Source: a virus. Taken from it: a DNA stretch of 64,000 nt. The position numbers were made by a program, and so were the translations under genes. Below are positions 50,234 through 60,600 of this stretch, in pieces. The stretch lies in the IMG/VR virus record IMGVR_UViG_3300044615_001997; one strand, 5' to 3'. Each line of letters opens with the position of its first letter. Positions within the stretch are counted from its first letter, which is position 1. Under the pieces are notes generated by a model. The model did no database searches. It saw nothing but the letters and a program-made list of their open reading frames with translations, and had not been told where the DNA came from.

Positions 50234-53200
50234 ATGGCATACATCGTACCAAAAGTATTAATTCAACAGGAGTTTACACAGGTTCCTGTCTATCGTGAGT
50301 TCCCAATGGCCGCTTTCATTATCGGCCCACAATACGCTCTTTTCCGCTATGACGTGGAAGACGAAAAAGAATTCACAAAAGTCATGCACCCAACCGATGA
50401 AGCTCTCGGTAACAAATATCAGAAATCTGATGATGTTACTTACAGCTTCCCCAACGTTCCTGCGGGTGGCAAAGTTGATAAAGATTATACAAAAGTTGTT
50501 TTTGAAGATGCTGCAGCTAAATATTTCCCTAACGCTGACCTCGGTACAGAAGATCTTCAAGAAGGCGCTGACGATGTTACATTAGTTCAAAACAGCGCAG
50601 GTGTTACATATAAAAACAGAGTTCGTTTTCCTCAGCACCTAACAGATGGTCACGGATATGCCCGTTCGTCTTGGTTCTCTAATCGTGACGTCCGCAAGGG
50701 CGACATGATTCGTTTGACTGATGAAAATGGTCTTCAGTTGACTAGCACAATTAAAGCCGTTCTTCCCGAAACTCCTATCCAGAACGAAGATCTGGCTTCT
50801 CAAGTCGGTACAGCTGCGGCTATCAAGAAGAGCAATATCGACCCAGGTCCAGACGGAACCGTTTATGCGGGAAGCAATCGCTTCACTGCAGAATCAGGTA
50901 ACTTCACAAAAGATCTCGAAGGAGAGTTTTTAACTATTCCTGGCGAAATCAACCAAACCTTCAAAATTCTTGCTGTTATCAGCCCAACAGAGCTTCTCCT
51001 TGATGAAGCTTCTACAGAAAACGAAGGTGGCCTTGCTTGGAGAATCGGTGGACAGTGGGCCGACACCAGCAACGCTGAGCCTCAGGTAGCTGACCTTGAT
51101 CTCGAATTTGAAAGCGATATCGCTGGCCAAGTTGCCGGTGGATGGATGCCAACAATCGATCCAGATGGAGATACCTACGTTGGTTACAAACATCTTCGCA
51201 TTGTTAACGACATTTATACAGTCGAATTGACCCATTTTGACGGTAACTTACCTACCGCCAGATTCACCATTTATTCCAATAGCGGTGCATTTGCTCCTAA
51301 GCAATTTCGCGCACTTTCAGGAACTAAGCTCACAGTTGATTCAGCTCGTGGCAATAACCTCGTGCTCGATTTCGCTCAGTCCTCAGATTGGGCAGTCGGC
51401 AAATCTGTTAAAGTTATTGCAAAAGCTCAAGTTGAGTCTGCAGGCTTCGACGCTTCTGCTCCTGGTGCTCTAGGCTACACAGGTACAGCTGATCTTGTTT
51501 ACAAGATTACAGTTATCCGTGGTGGACAATTCCTCAAAGCCGATAAATCCAATATCGACGTTGCTGCTAAAGTTGCAGTGACTTCCTCAGGTATTGATTC
51601 TTCTGGTTCTGTTTTGGTTGAGAAAAACGTTCCTTTCGCTATCGGTAGCTATGGCGTTTTCGCCACTTTCACAGCTGGTTCAGTTGGTGAAGGTCTCGAA
51701 GAAGGCTTGGTTGCTGGAGACGTTTTCTATCTCGGAGCTAAGGCTGCAAGACTTGGACCTTACACAATCATTGAATTGAATGATGAGCTTCCTGCTCCAT
51801 TCCTCTATTCCGATGAAGATCCAAATCTCGACGTAGAACTCTTTGCAGTTCTTCCTAAAGCTGAAATACCTGCACTGAGAGATTTAGTCGAAGGTACAGC
51901 TAACTGGACACAACTAGAAAATTATATCACTATTTATGCTGACTCTACTACATACTTGTCTAGCTTGGTAACTGGAGAAACTCCTGCGAGATTACCAGTC
52001 GAGCAAGCTCGTGTTTTCGTACAGCATAGAGATCTTTTACAAGACAACGTTGTCTCTATCGGAAGCGTCCGCTCTGGCGGTCAAATCGAGAAAACTCTCG
52101 GTCTTATCCATCCAGATAATCCACTCGCTCAGGGTGTTAATGACGCAGTTCTCAACGCAAACGGAGCAATCGTGTATTACATCGGTGTTGAAAGCGACGA
52201 CCTCGCTGGATATCTCGCCGCTATCGAAATTGCCAAGAAGTCTGACAAAGTTTATAGCTTTGCGCCAATGACTTTTGATCGTGCAATTCAAGATGCAGTT
52301 GTATCACATGTTAATGCCTACAGCACACCAGAAGTTGGTCGCTGGAGAATCGCATGGCTCTCTGCTAAAGACGACAAAACAAAAGTTATCTACGACAAGA
52401 AGGAAAATGGTTCACCATGGGTCGGAACAGTCACTGACGATCTTCAAGTTCCAGGTTCACAAAATAGATTAGTAACAATTCAAGGTGCTAAGTTTATTGA
52501 TGCCGGAATTCGTCCAAATGACTCAGTCAGATTCAACTTCCGTCTTAACCCAGATGGACAGCTTGCTTATGATGAGTTGTTCGTTGACGAAGTCAGAACT
52601 CAAACAACCCTAGCACTCACAACCAGTGTTTCAGCTCCTATCAACAGCCCAGTTAAGATGGAAATTGTCCGTCATTGGACTCGCGATGAAAGAGCAACAA
52701 ACCTCTCATTAATCGGTGGCGAATACAACAACCGTCGTGTACGCGTCGTGTTCCCTGACGAATACAAGTACGAGAGTGGTGATGGTGGCATGGTTACAAA
52801 GCAAGGCTACTTCATGGCCGCTGCTCTAGCCGGTCTCCGTTCTGGAGTTGTTCCTCACCAAGGTTTGACAAATACTCAAGTATTGGGTGCCTCTGACCTG
52901 AGCAAAGTTGTTAATGAATTCACTCCTGATCAGCTCAATGTAATGGCTGAACAAGGTATCTGGATCGTAACACAAGAAATTGTCGGTGCTACCCCATACG
53001 CCAGACATCAGCTTACAACAGATGAGAGAAGCCTCAATACCTCAGAAGATTCAATCACAACAAACGTTGACAATATCAGCTATGCCTTGAAACATACTCT
53101 CGAGCCATACATCGGTACTTACAACGTTAACCCAGAGAATCTGATCGTTATTAGAGATGCTATCGTCGGCGAACTGTCATTCCGTGCCACAAGCACAAGA

Positions 53201-53356
53201 ACAGTCCGTGCCGGTAATCAGCTCACCAGCTTCTCTGCTGAGGATGACATCCTCCTACTTCAACAAAATCCAACATACAAGGATCGCATTGATGTAGAAG
53301 TTAAGTTGAACGTTCCATATCCTCTGAACTACATCAACTTGAAGCTGATCGTATAA
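50234..53356 (+). CDS. contractile tail sheath protein
   Basis: MAYIVPKVLIQQ start, AAALAG..SG..PHQGLTN, C-terminal VPYPLNYINLKL; strong codon bias. Confidence 0.85.
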   Translation: MAYIVPKVLIQQEFTQVPVYREFPMAAFIIGPQYALFRYDVEDEKEFTKVMHPTDEALGNKYQKSDDVTYSFPNVPAGGKVDKDYTKVVFEDAAAKYFPNADLGTEDLQEGADDVTLVQNSAGVTYKNRVRFPQHLTDGHGYARSSWFSNRDVRKGDMIRLTDENGLQLTSTIKAVLPETPIQNEDLASQVGTAAAIKKSNIDPGPDGTVYAGSNRFTAESGNFTKDLEGEFLTIPGEINQTFKILAVISPTELLLDEASTENEGGLAWRIGGQWADTSNAEPQVADLDLEFESDIAGQVAGGWMPTIDPDGDTYVGYKHLRIVNDIYTVELTHFDGNLPTARFTIYSNSGAFAPKQFRALSGTKLTVDSARGNNLVLDFAQSSDWAVGKSVKVIAKAQVESAGFDASAPGALGYTGTADLVYKITVIRGGQFLKADKSNIDVAAKVAVTSSGIDSSGSVLVEKNVPFAIGSYGVFATFTAGSVGEGLEEGLVAGDVFYLGAKAARLGPYTIIELNDELPAPFLYSDEDPNLDVELFAVLPKAEIPALRDLVEGTANWTQLENYITIYADSTTYLSSLVTGETPARLPVEQARVFVQHRDLLQDNVVSIGSVRSGGQIEKTLGLIHPDNPLAQGVNDAVLNANGAIVYYIGVESDDLAGYLAAIEIAKKSDKVYSFAPMTFDRAIQDAVVSHVNAYSTPEVGRWRIAWLSAKDDKTKVIYDKKENGSPWVGTVTDDLQVPGSQNRLVTIQGAKFIDAGIRPNDSVRFNFRLNPDGQLAYDELFVDEVRTQTTLALTTSVSAPINSPVKMEIVRHWTRDERATNLSLIGGEYNNRRVRVVFPDEYKYESGDGGMVTKQGYFMAAALAGLRSGVVPHQGLTNTQVLGASDLSKVVNEFTPDQLNVMAEQGIWIVTQEIVGATPYARHQLTTDERSLNTSEDSITTNVDNISYALKHTLEPYIGTYNVNPENLIVIRDAIVGELSFRATSTRTVRAGNQLTSFSAEDDILLLQQNPTYKDRIDVEVKLNVPYPLNYINLKLIV

Positions 53357-53610
53357 TGGATCACTTTAAAGCAGGGTTTCTAAAATATGCAACAGAGTGT
53401 GGAGTGCCTGAAAATCGGGCACTCCACCTTTGGAAAAGAGCTCTAGCTTATCCTGGTACAGAAGGAGTATTCAAAAACTTAAATATTTCTACTTCAAATA
53501 CACCAGAGCAAGCACAGACTCCAGAAGAATTAGACTCTTTGTCAAAATTGATGGAGCAGGAAAAAATAAACGCAGAATTACAACAAATTAAAACTCAATT
53601 AGGAATTTAA
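53356..53610 (+). CDS. small putative virion protein
   Basis: DHFKAGFLKYA motif. Confidence 0.6.
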   Translation: MDHFKAGFLKYATECGVPENRALHLWKRALAYPGTEGVFKNLNISTSNTPEQAQTPEELDSLSKLMEQEKINAELQQIKTQLGI

Positions 53611-53819
53611 TGAAAGTTGTAGTAACAGGAGATTTTAAAAATCCCGTATTATTAGACACTAAAGAAGCTACCGGAATATTGATATACTCAGACAACGGAG
53701 AACCAAATACAATATACCGAATAGTTGGAAATGGTGTGGGATGGATAAGACTTACTAAGGGAGAAGATAAAAATTTTTACGATGTTGCTAGACAATTAGG
53801 TTTAATTAATATAGAATAA
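53610..53819 (+). CDS. hypothetical protein
   Basis: TAATG coupling. Confidence 0.55.
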   Translation: MKVVVTGDFKNPVLLDTKEATGILIYSDNGEPNTIYRIVGNGVGWIRLTKGEDKNFYDVARQLGLINIE

Positions 53820-53825
53820 AATAAT

Positions 53826-53855
53826 AACAATCAAACAATCAAACAATCAACAATT
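53826..53855 (+). repeat. AACAATCA x3 short tandem repeat in tail tube leader
   Basis: Directly visible before the AGGAG SD. Confidence 0.8.
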
Positions 53856-53866
53856 AGGAGAAATAT

Positions 53867-54289
53867 ATGGCTGATTTATTCAAACGCGAGGCCGCTACTT
53901 ACAAAGCGCCAATTACCGCAGATAAAGTTAAAATTAACTGGGGAGGCATAGTTACTGCCGGTATCCAAGTACAGATTGCTTATGCTCAACAAGTATCAAG
54001 ACGTCGCTCAATCGGAAATCAAGATATGGTAATTTTCGCCAGCTACCCAGTTGGACAAATCACCATAGCTAGAATGATTTGTGACGGAGCAGGAGATATT
54101 TTCGATAAGCCAGGTTGGGATCATTGCGAACCAGGAACAATTTCTATTAACCAAGAAGGTTGCGGTAGTGGATTTACATTAACAGCTAAAAATTGCGTTG
54201 TTTCTCAGTATACCCTCAGCGCTGAAGCCGAAGGTTTAACAGTTATCGATAATATCGTAATTGAGTTCCTTGAGTTGGAAAAAGGCTAG
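53867..54289 (+). CDS. tail tube protein, putative
   Basis: 140-aa beta protein after sheath, strong SD, followed by terminator. Confidence 0.7.
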   Translation: MADLFKREAATYKAPITADKVKINWGGIVTAGIQVQIAYAQQVSRRRSIGNQDMVIFASYPVGQITIARMICDGAGDIFDKPGWDHCEPGTISINQEGCGSGFTLTAKNCVVSQYTLSAEAEGLTVIDNIVIEFLELEKG

Positions 54290-54321
54290 TATTTATTTAT
54301 ATTACACTTCGTAAAATAATT

Positions 54322-54355
54322 AGAAACCCTAGGTAAAACTAGGGTTTCTTTTTTT
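54322..54355 (+). terminator. Rho-independent terminator
   Basis: AGAAACCCTAG-gtaaaa-CTAGGGTTTCT plus T-run. Confidence 0.85.
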
Positions 54356-54390
54356 GTTGCAATGCCTAAGTAGCTAGATATATTAAATGA

Positions 54391-56790
54391 ATGGACTTAT
54401 ACTCTAAAAACCCAGATTTTAACACAATATCCAATAGATTTGAAAAAGGTTTTAACGTTTTTACTGGGCTCGTAATTACTTCTACTGCAGGTAGCTACAC
54501 GGTCACTGTCATTAGAGAAGGCTTTGCAGGTCCTACTGGTGATGGCGGAAGCATGATGCAGGGCATTATGCTAGCGAGTCAATTATCTTCCTTTTTGGGT
54601 TTTAAAGAAGTAATTGTTCCTCAGCCCGGCTCTCGAGTTCTTTGTGCTCAGGTAGGAGCCAATAGTTGTTATATTCTCGGGGTTATTCCACAGAATAACA
54701 TGACATCCGAAAATATTCCTGGACGTAGTATGACAGGTGCAGGCGATCCACATATGGATCAAGCAAACCAAAAAGGTCACGTAGATAAAAATTCTATTTT
54801 ACCTATTAATAGAAGACCTTCAGATATAGTCGACGGAGAATACGCTATTGGTGATGAGTTTGGAACTATGTTGGCGTTTTTTCAGCAGATGATTACGTTG
54901 AAGGGAAGCGAGTTGGCGCAAGTTCAATGTTTTTTGATGGACGATTTAGTAAGAATTATTAGTCATAATTTTCAACATTACACTGCTCTTGGCGAATACA
55001 ATATATGGCATGACGGTAAGTCTATAATGGCTGAATTTGGGGCAACACATCAACCAGGAGAGTCTTATGGGAGGCCTTTAGTGGAATCTGATAGCGGGGC
55101 TCCAATGTTTACTAAAACAGGCTCTAACGATGTAAAAGATGACTCAGATTTTTACAAAATAGCTGAAGATGAACGAACTAGAGCTATTGAAAGGCTTAAA
55201 ATTTTTCTAGGTAGGTTGGGAGATTTCTTGCATGTTTATATGGTAAGACCTGATCCTCAAGAAACTAGAGGATTTGATAAAAAACCAAGTAAGCCAGACA
55301 CCGGACTTTTTGATTTTCACTTGGGTCTAGATGGCGGTGCGCATATTCGTAGTGTTAAAGAAGTCTTTATCGAAAAGACTAATTGGATTCGCGTTCCTCA
55401 TCGTTGTAAAGACCCTGCAGACAAACAAGAGGGTGACGTTGAATACGAAAAAAATTACGAAGAAAAAAAGAAGTTTGAGTGGAAAAAAGAGTATAAGTAT
55501 TTAGAGAATCCACATTACTACTTTTTACAACTTCGCGATTATGTAGCTTACGTATGCGAAAAGAAAAATTATGAAAATTTTAAAAAGTTAGAAAAAGACT
55601 TTTACGTAAATGATAACATAGGGCAAGAAAACAGTTTAAAGCAGATAGATAAAGTAGATAAATGGACTAAGCTGGAGCAAGAAGACTATGAGTTGAGAAC
55701 TGCCGGTATTTATTTAATGCCTAACGGCGGAATTGTGATACGTGATGCATGGAACTCAGCTATTGTCATGGAAGGTGGTCAAATATTTTTACAACCTGCC
55801 AAAGATCTGCATATGCAACCATTACGCAATCTAGTGGCTAAGGTAGGTGGATTTACCAGTATTGCATCTAGATATGACGTAGACTTTTCTTCATCGGAAA
55901 AAGGATTTAGACTTAAAACTGAAAAAGCTCAATATTTTTATAGTAATAAGTCTGGTGTTGTTTTCGAGGCTAATCCTGAAAAGAAAGTTCCGTATATTCC
56001 TAATCCTAAGGATAGCGACGATGCGGTTGAAGATGTGGGTGGCATAGTATTTAAATCTACTCACGGCATATACAACTATGCTGCAAAAGAATATAAGGTT
56101 CAGTCGGAAGATCGAGCCATTATTATGAGTAAGATGATTCAGGTTAAAGCTACTCAATTATTAAGCTTACATTCTGATCAAGCATGGATAGGTACGTCAG
56201 ATACTTCTATGATTTTACACGGCGAGACTGCAGCTCTTCTTTTATCGTTGAGCGGGGCATGCATAGCTTCAGGTAAAACTGTTTCTGCTTATGGCATGAA
56301 AGACATTTATTTGGGTGTTATGTACGACGATAAAAGTCCTTTTATAGATCCATTGAAAGGAATAGTTCCATTAGACGAAGTTGAGGCTCAATTACGACCA
56401 GGACTAAAGGACTTAAAAAAATTCGAAGAAGCCTTTATGTTTGATAAAATTAAAACTTTTACAGACTTAGAATTTAGATTTTTAAAATCTCATAAATACG
56501 GTAATTTAGATAAACAGAAAGACGCAATTCCTATGACTATGGCCCAGCAAGAAGAAAAAGCTAGTGGCTTATTTAAGCTGGAGACCTGGAAGGAAAAGGA
56601 AGTTAAAAATTCTTATCCTTATCCAGGTAAAGATAAGTGGGAAGAATTTTATTTGGAGGGAGAAAAACCAAAAAATTTAGAAACAAATCAATTAGGCAAA
56701 GATTCAAATAACAAGGCAGATTCAGAGGAGAAACCTGCGGAAATAACATTTAAATCATTAGGAGAATACAAAGTACAAAAGAAAAGCTAA
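54391..56790 (+). CDS. baseplate hub/spike protein (gp5/VgrG-like), putative
   Basis: N-terminal OB-like VPQPGSRVLC..YILG, short beta-strand repeats toward the C-terminus. Confidence 0.6.
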   Translation: MDLYSKNPDFNTISNRFEKGFNVFTGLVITSTAGSYTVTVIREGFAGPTGDGGSMMQGIMLASQLSSFLGFKEVIVPQPGSRVLCAQVGANSCYILGVIPQNNMTSENIPGRSMTGAGDPHMDQANQKGHVDKNSILPINRRPSDIVDGEYAIGDEFGTMLAFFQQMITLKGSELAQVQCFLMDDLVRIISHNFQHYTALGEYNIWHDGKSIMAEFGATHQPGESYGRPLVESDSGAPMFTKTGSNDVKDDSDFYKIAEDERTRAIERLKIFLGRLGDFLHVYMVRPDPQETRGFDKKPSKPDTGLFDFHLGLDGGAHIRSVKEVFIEKTNWIRVPHRCKDPADKQEGDVEYEKNYEEKKKFEWKKEYKYLENPHYYFLQLRDYVAYVCEKKNYENFKKLEKDFYVNDNIGQENSLKQIDKVDKWTKLEQEDYELRTAGIYLMPNGGIVIRDAWNSAIVMEGGQIFLQPAKDLHMQPLRNLVAKVGGFTSIASRYDVDFSSSEKGFRLKTEKAQYFYSNKSGVVFEANPEKKVPYIPNPKDSDDAVEDVGGIVFKSTHGIYNYAAKEYKVQSEDRAIIMSKMIQVKATQLLSLHSDQAWIGTSDTSMILHGETAALLLSLSGACIASGKTVSAYGMKDIYLGVMYDDKSPFIDPLKGIVPLDEVEAQLRPGLKDLKKFEEAFMFDKIKTFTDLEFRFLKSHKYGNLDKQKDAIPMTMAQQEEKASGLFKLETWKEKEVKNSYPYPGKDKWEEFYLEGEKPKNLETNQLGKDSNNKADSEEKPAEITFKSLGEYKVQKKS

Positions 56791-56802
56791 GGAAATAACA
56801 AT

Positions 56803-57312
56803 ATGGAAGAAATAAGCGCATCATTAAAAGAAAGGTCTGCAGAAGCAGTCAAAACACCAGAACTCACGGATGAGGACAAAGAAAAGTTTCTTAAAGCCGT
56901 ATTAACAGATCAACCGTTTCAAGAAACAATAAATTTGTTTGATGGCCAATTAAAGGTAACTTTTAGAACTATGAGTGTGGAGGAGAATAACGATATCGTT
57001 AATCAAATAGCCAAAGATAAGGAGCACGGTATTGCTGAAAATACTGATGCTTATTTTATAACTATATCTACATATAGATTGGCTCTTTGTCTATTGTCTA
57101 TAGACGATAAAGACTACTCGGACATAGTTAAAAGCTCATTTAAATCAGAAGACGCAGCAATAACTTATATTAGGTCCAGATCTTTAAAGGTTAGAGAATG
57201 GCCTACGTTTAAACTTTCTGCATTTTTAGACGCTTTCAATAAATTTGAGGCTAAGGTAGTTAAATTGACTAATGCTGTGCAACAGCAAAATTTTTGGAAA
57301 GCCAGCGCGTAA
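56803..57312 (+). CDS. tail assembly chaperone (G-like)
   Basis: Upstream of tape measure; slippery heptamer near 3-prime end. Confidence 0.7.
   Translation: MEEISASLKERSAEAVKTPELTDEDKEKFLKAVLTDQPFQETINLFDGQLKVTFRTMSVEENNDIVNQIAKDKEHGIAENTDAYFITISTYRLALCLLSIDDKDYSDIVKSSFKSEDAAITYIRSRSLKVREWPTFKLSAFLDAFNKFEAKVVKLTNAVQQQNFWKASA
57288..57294 (+). other. -1 programmed ribosomal frameshift site A AAT TTT
   Basis: X XXY YYZ in frame; the -1 frame is ORF 57294-57665. Confidence 0.7.
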
Positions 57313-57665
57313 AGCTATTACTCAGGGGATATCTACGTGGTTGGCTAGATTTCAAATACGTCAATAAAACTTCCAAGCTTCGGGAAAATCTCATTATTTA
57401 TAACCTTGAAAATGAGGCTTATGAGGATGCTTTATCCCATAAGCTAATGCTGGATTCTGCCTTGATAGGAGGACATCAGAATAAAACCAGAGAGATGCTG
57501 GCCTCCCTGAATAAGACCTATAATCTATATATAGGTTTGAAATTGCCAGATTTATCTACAAAGGATACAATGGAAGAAAATTCTAAGATAACTAAAGATA
57601 CTCTAGCAGATTATAAAAAGTTGTTAGAAGAAATGAAGAAGCAACAAGAAGAGAAAAATGCCTGA
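57294..57665 (+). CDS. tail assembly chaperone frameshift extension (T-like)
   Basis: Only a TTG start; -1 frame relative to upstream gene. Confidence 0.65.
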   Translation: MESQRVKLLLRGYLRGWLDFKYVNKTSKLRENLIIYNLENEAYEDALSHKLMLDSALIGGHQNKTREMLASLNKTYNLYIGLKLPDLSTKDTMEENSKITKDTLADYKKLLEEMKKQQEEKNA

Positions 57666-60600
57666 AGTCTCATCACTACCAGCTAACCCTGATGTAAGCC
57701 AATACTCTCCCTACGGTAGAAATTACGGTAACGGATTATTAAATTTATTGGCCTTTAGTGCTTTTGGTTTTAACTACGCCCCTAAGCCTGAGGGCGCGCA
57801 AGGAATGTATGACGCCTACTACCAGAGGGAGCGGTCTAGGCAGTTTATGAATATTCAAACAGACGCCTTTGCAAACAACATGCTTTTTAAGGCAGCTGGG
57901 TTTGATCCTGAAAATAATATGTTGCAGTTTGCCGGAAAGGCTTTTGGTTCGCCTGACGGCATGGTAGCTAGAATGCTTTCTCCGTTAATAGGCGGTAACC
58001 CTATGGCTGCACAAATGCAGCTCTATGCAGGGCTTTCTGGAGCGAGTGTGATGGGTGCCTTTGGTAGGATTGGAGACGTCTCAAAAGGAGAAACTGACGA
58101 GATGATGCGAGTTATAGAAAAAAATTTCTATAGAACTACACCTATCGAGCAAGTCTCTGAGGACATGAATAAAGATTTTGTTAATGAACTTAAAAAAAAT
58201 CCACAACTAGCCGAGCAATTAGGTATAGGTGTTCCAATAACAGAAACCGGGGAAATAGACCAAGAAGCTTCACAAAACCTAAAATCTCGAGGTATCGAAC
58301 GTGAAAAGAAAGCTGCAGATTTATTAAAACTAGAACAAGAATTTAAAATTAATGAACAAGATTTAAAACGTCCATATAATCCTGAGTTAACTATTAACGC
58401 TTCTAATAGACTTCAAGGTGTTTTAAAAAACATAGGTTTATCTGAAAAAGATATTGAAGGACTAAAAAATACTCCTACCGGCGAAATCAATTTAACTTCA
58501 ACTAGAGCAAATTTAAATAAGGCAGCTGAAAGACTTAAAACTCCTGAAAAATATACTACCCAAATAGCTGATCGTATGGCTGAGATGATGGGTATGCCAT
58601 TTAAAAAGAATTTTATTTCCAGAGAAATTCAATCTGAGGGAGGCGTACCAATTAAAATTGATGGCCGTGATGTTCCCGTAGAATTACATACACAAGAACA
58701 AAGAGACAAGATAGCTGCCGCAAGACAAACTGCTAGCGCTATTAATTCTCCTTTACCTACCACAAAAGATCTAGTCGATAAAAGCAACACTACCCAAAGA
58801 AGACAACAGGCTTTTGAAGAATTGGATGTAGCTAAAGATTTAGCTAAAAAAATGGGTATAGAAGATATAAATAAACTAAGCTACGAACAAAATCAGGGAG
58901 TAATTACCAACATCAATGGAAAAAATGTACCTACCGAACTTATTTCCGCACAAAAGACAGCTATATCGACCACAGATCAGCCTAATCTCAATCAGCCTAA
59001 TCAGCCTAATCTCAATCAGCCTAACCAGCCTAGTTTAGATAATGAAGGACAGAGTAGAATACCTCCGGCTGACCCAAGTTTATATGCAGATATTGTAAAG
59101 CCTGAGGAAAATGAAAAGCGTAGAAAAGAATTAAACATAAATATACAAGAAGGGTTTAAATTAATAGATGCAATTCAGACAAATGAAAAAGGCAAACCTT
59201 ACAATAAAGCGTTACAAGAAGAATTATCAGGTAGCCTAGAAAGCAGGTTGGTTGATCTAGGTGTATCGGCTGACGCTTTAGAAAATAATCGTACAAACTT
59301 AAATAGTTTTACTCCTGAATTTATTAAACAGCTGGAGGAGACTAATCAAGCAAGCACACAGAAGGTAAATGCTTTTAATGAACAGTTGAAAACAAATCAG
59401 TTTAAGATAAATACTCCTGATTACGATATAGAAAAATCTAAACAACTCACAGCAGACATTAAAAAAATATTAAGAGAAGATTTAAATGTATCTGATGATG
59501 AACTGCAATCTGCCACTGGAAACACTGGAGTAATAAATACAGACTTTGTTAAACAAGCAGTAGAAAAAAGAGACCAAAACATACAAGACGTTTCTGGTCT
59601 TTTTAAAGACTTAGAAACTTTAAATAATAAGAGACCTGTATCGAAAAAAGAGCTTAACGCCATATCTTCCAGCATAGAAGAACAAATAGTCCAAACAGGC
59701 AGCTTGTCTCAAGATCAAATTTCTTCAGGTAAAACAGAAGAAGGCCGGGTTTCTTCCGACTTGATGCAAACACTCGAAAATGTAAACGAGACAGCTATTC
59801 AGGATATAAAAAACTTGGCAGGAGGATTAGAGAATAATGAATTAAAATCGGCAGCTAAAAATTATGATAAAGAATTGTCCAAGGTTATTTCTGATAAAAT
59901 TAAAGAAAAGCTAGAAAAGGCTTTTGGCGCTACCGAGGCAGAACTATCCGCAGCTACAAATCAGCAAGGTGTAGTCGACCCGCAGTATGTAAGGAATAAA
60001 TTAGCGGAGCAGGAGAAAAAAGTTCAAGGTATAAAACAGGAGTTTAATAGGTTGGAAGAACTGCATAAAGCTCAAGAAAAGCCTGGAGAGTTTTCAGACC
60101 CTGCCCAAATCGAAGCCAATAACGAGCGCCAAGCTGAAATACGAAAAATATTAAAAGACACTTATGGTGTTACCCAAGAACAATTAGATAAAGCAACAGA
60201 TGAACAAGGAAATATTAAGTCTGAGTTTATAAAAGAAGTTTACGATAAAGAAATAGAACGCGCAGAGGTGGAAAAGGCGGGACTAGAGTTTGACAAAGTC
60301 GAAGAATTTAAACTCAGTGAGGAAGCGCCTAAAATTCGTGCTAGATACTTTGATAGACAAATGCAGGCTCAAGAATTGGGTAATTTGCAGCTAGAATTAA
60401 AAGAAGTTCAGAAGATAGATACGGAAGCAGGCAGAGCACGAGCAGTTGAGATAAACGAACAAATAGTAACTAAGCTAAAAGCTTTAGGTGTTTCAGATAA
60501 AGAAATAGAAGAAAACTCAACATCTCAAGGAGGATTTCTAGGCATCGGGGATACAAGTTATCTGAACGAAGACTTTATACAAAACAAGCAGCAGGAGCTG

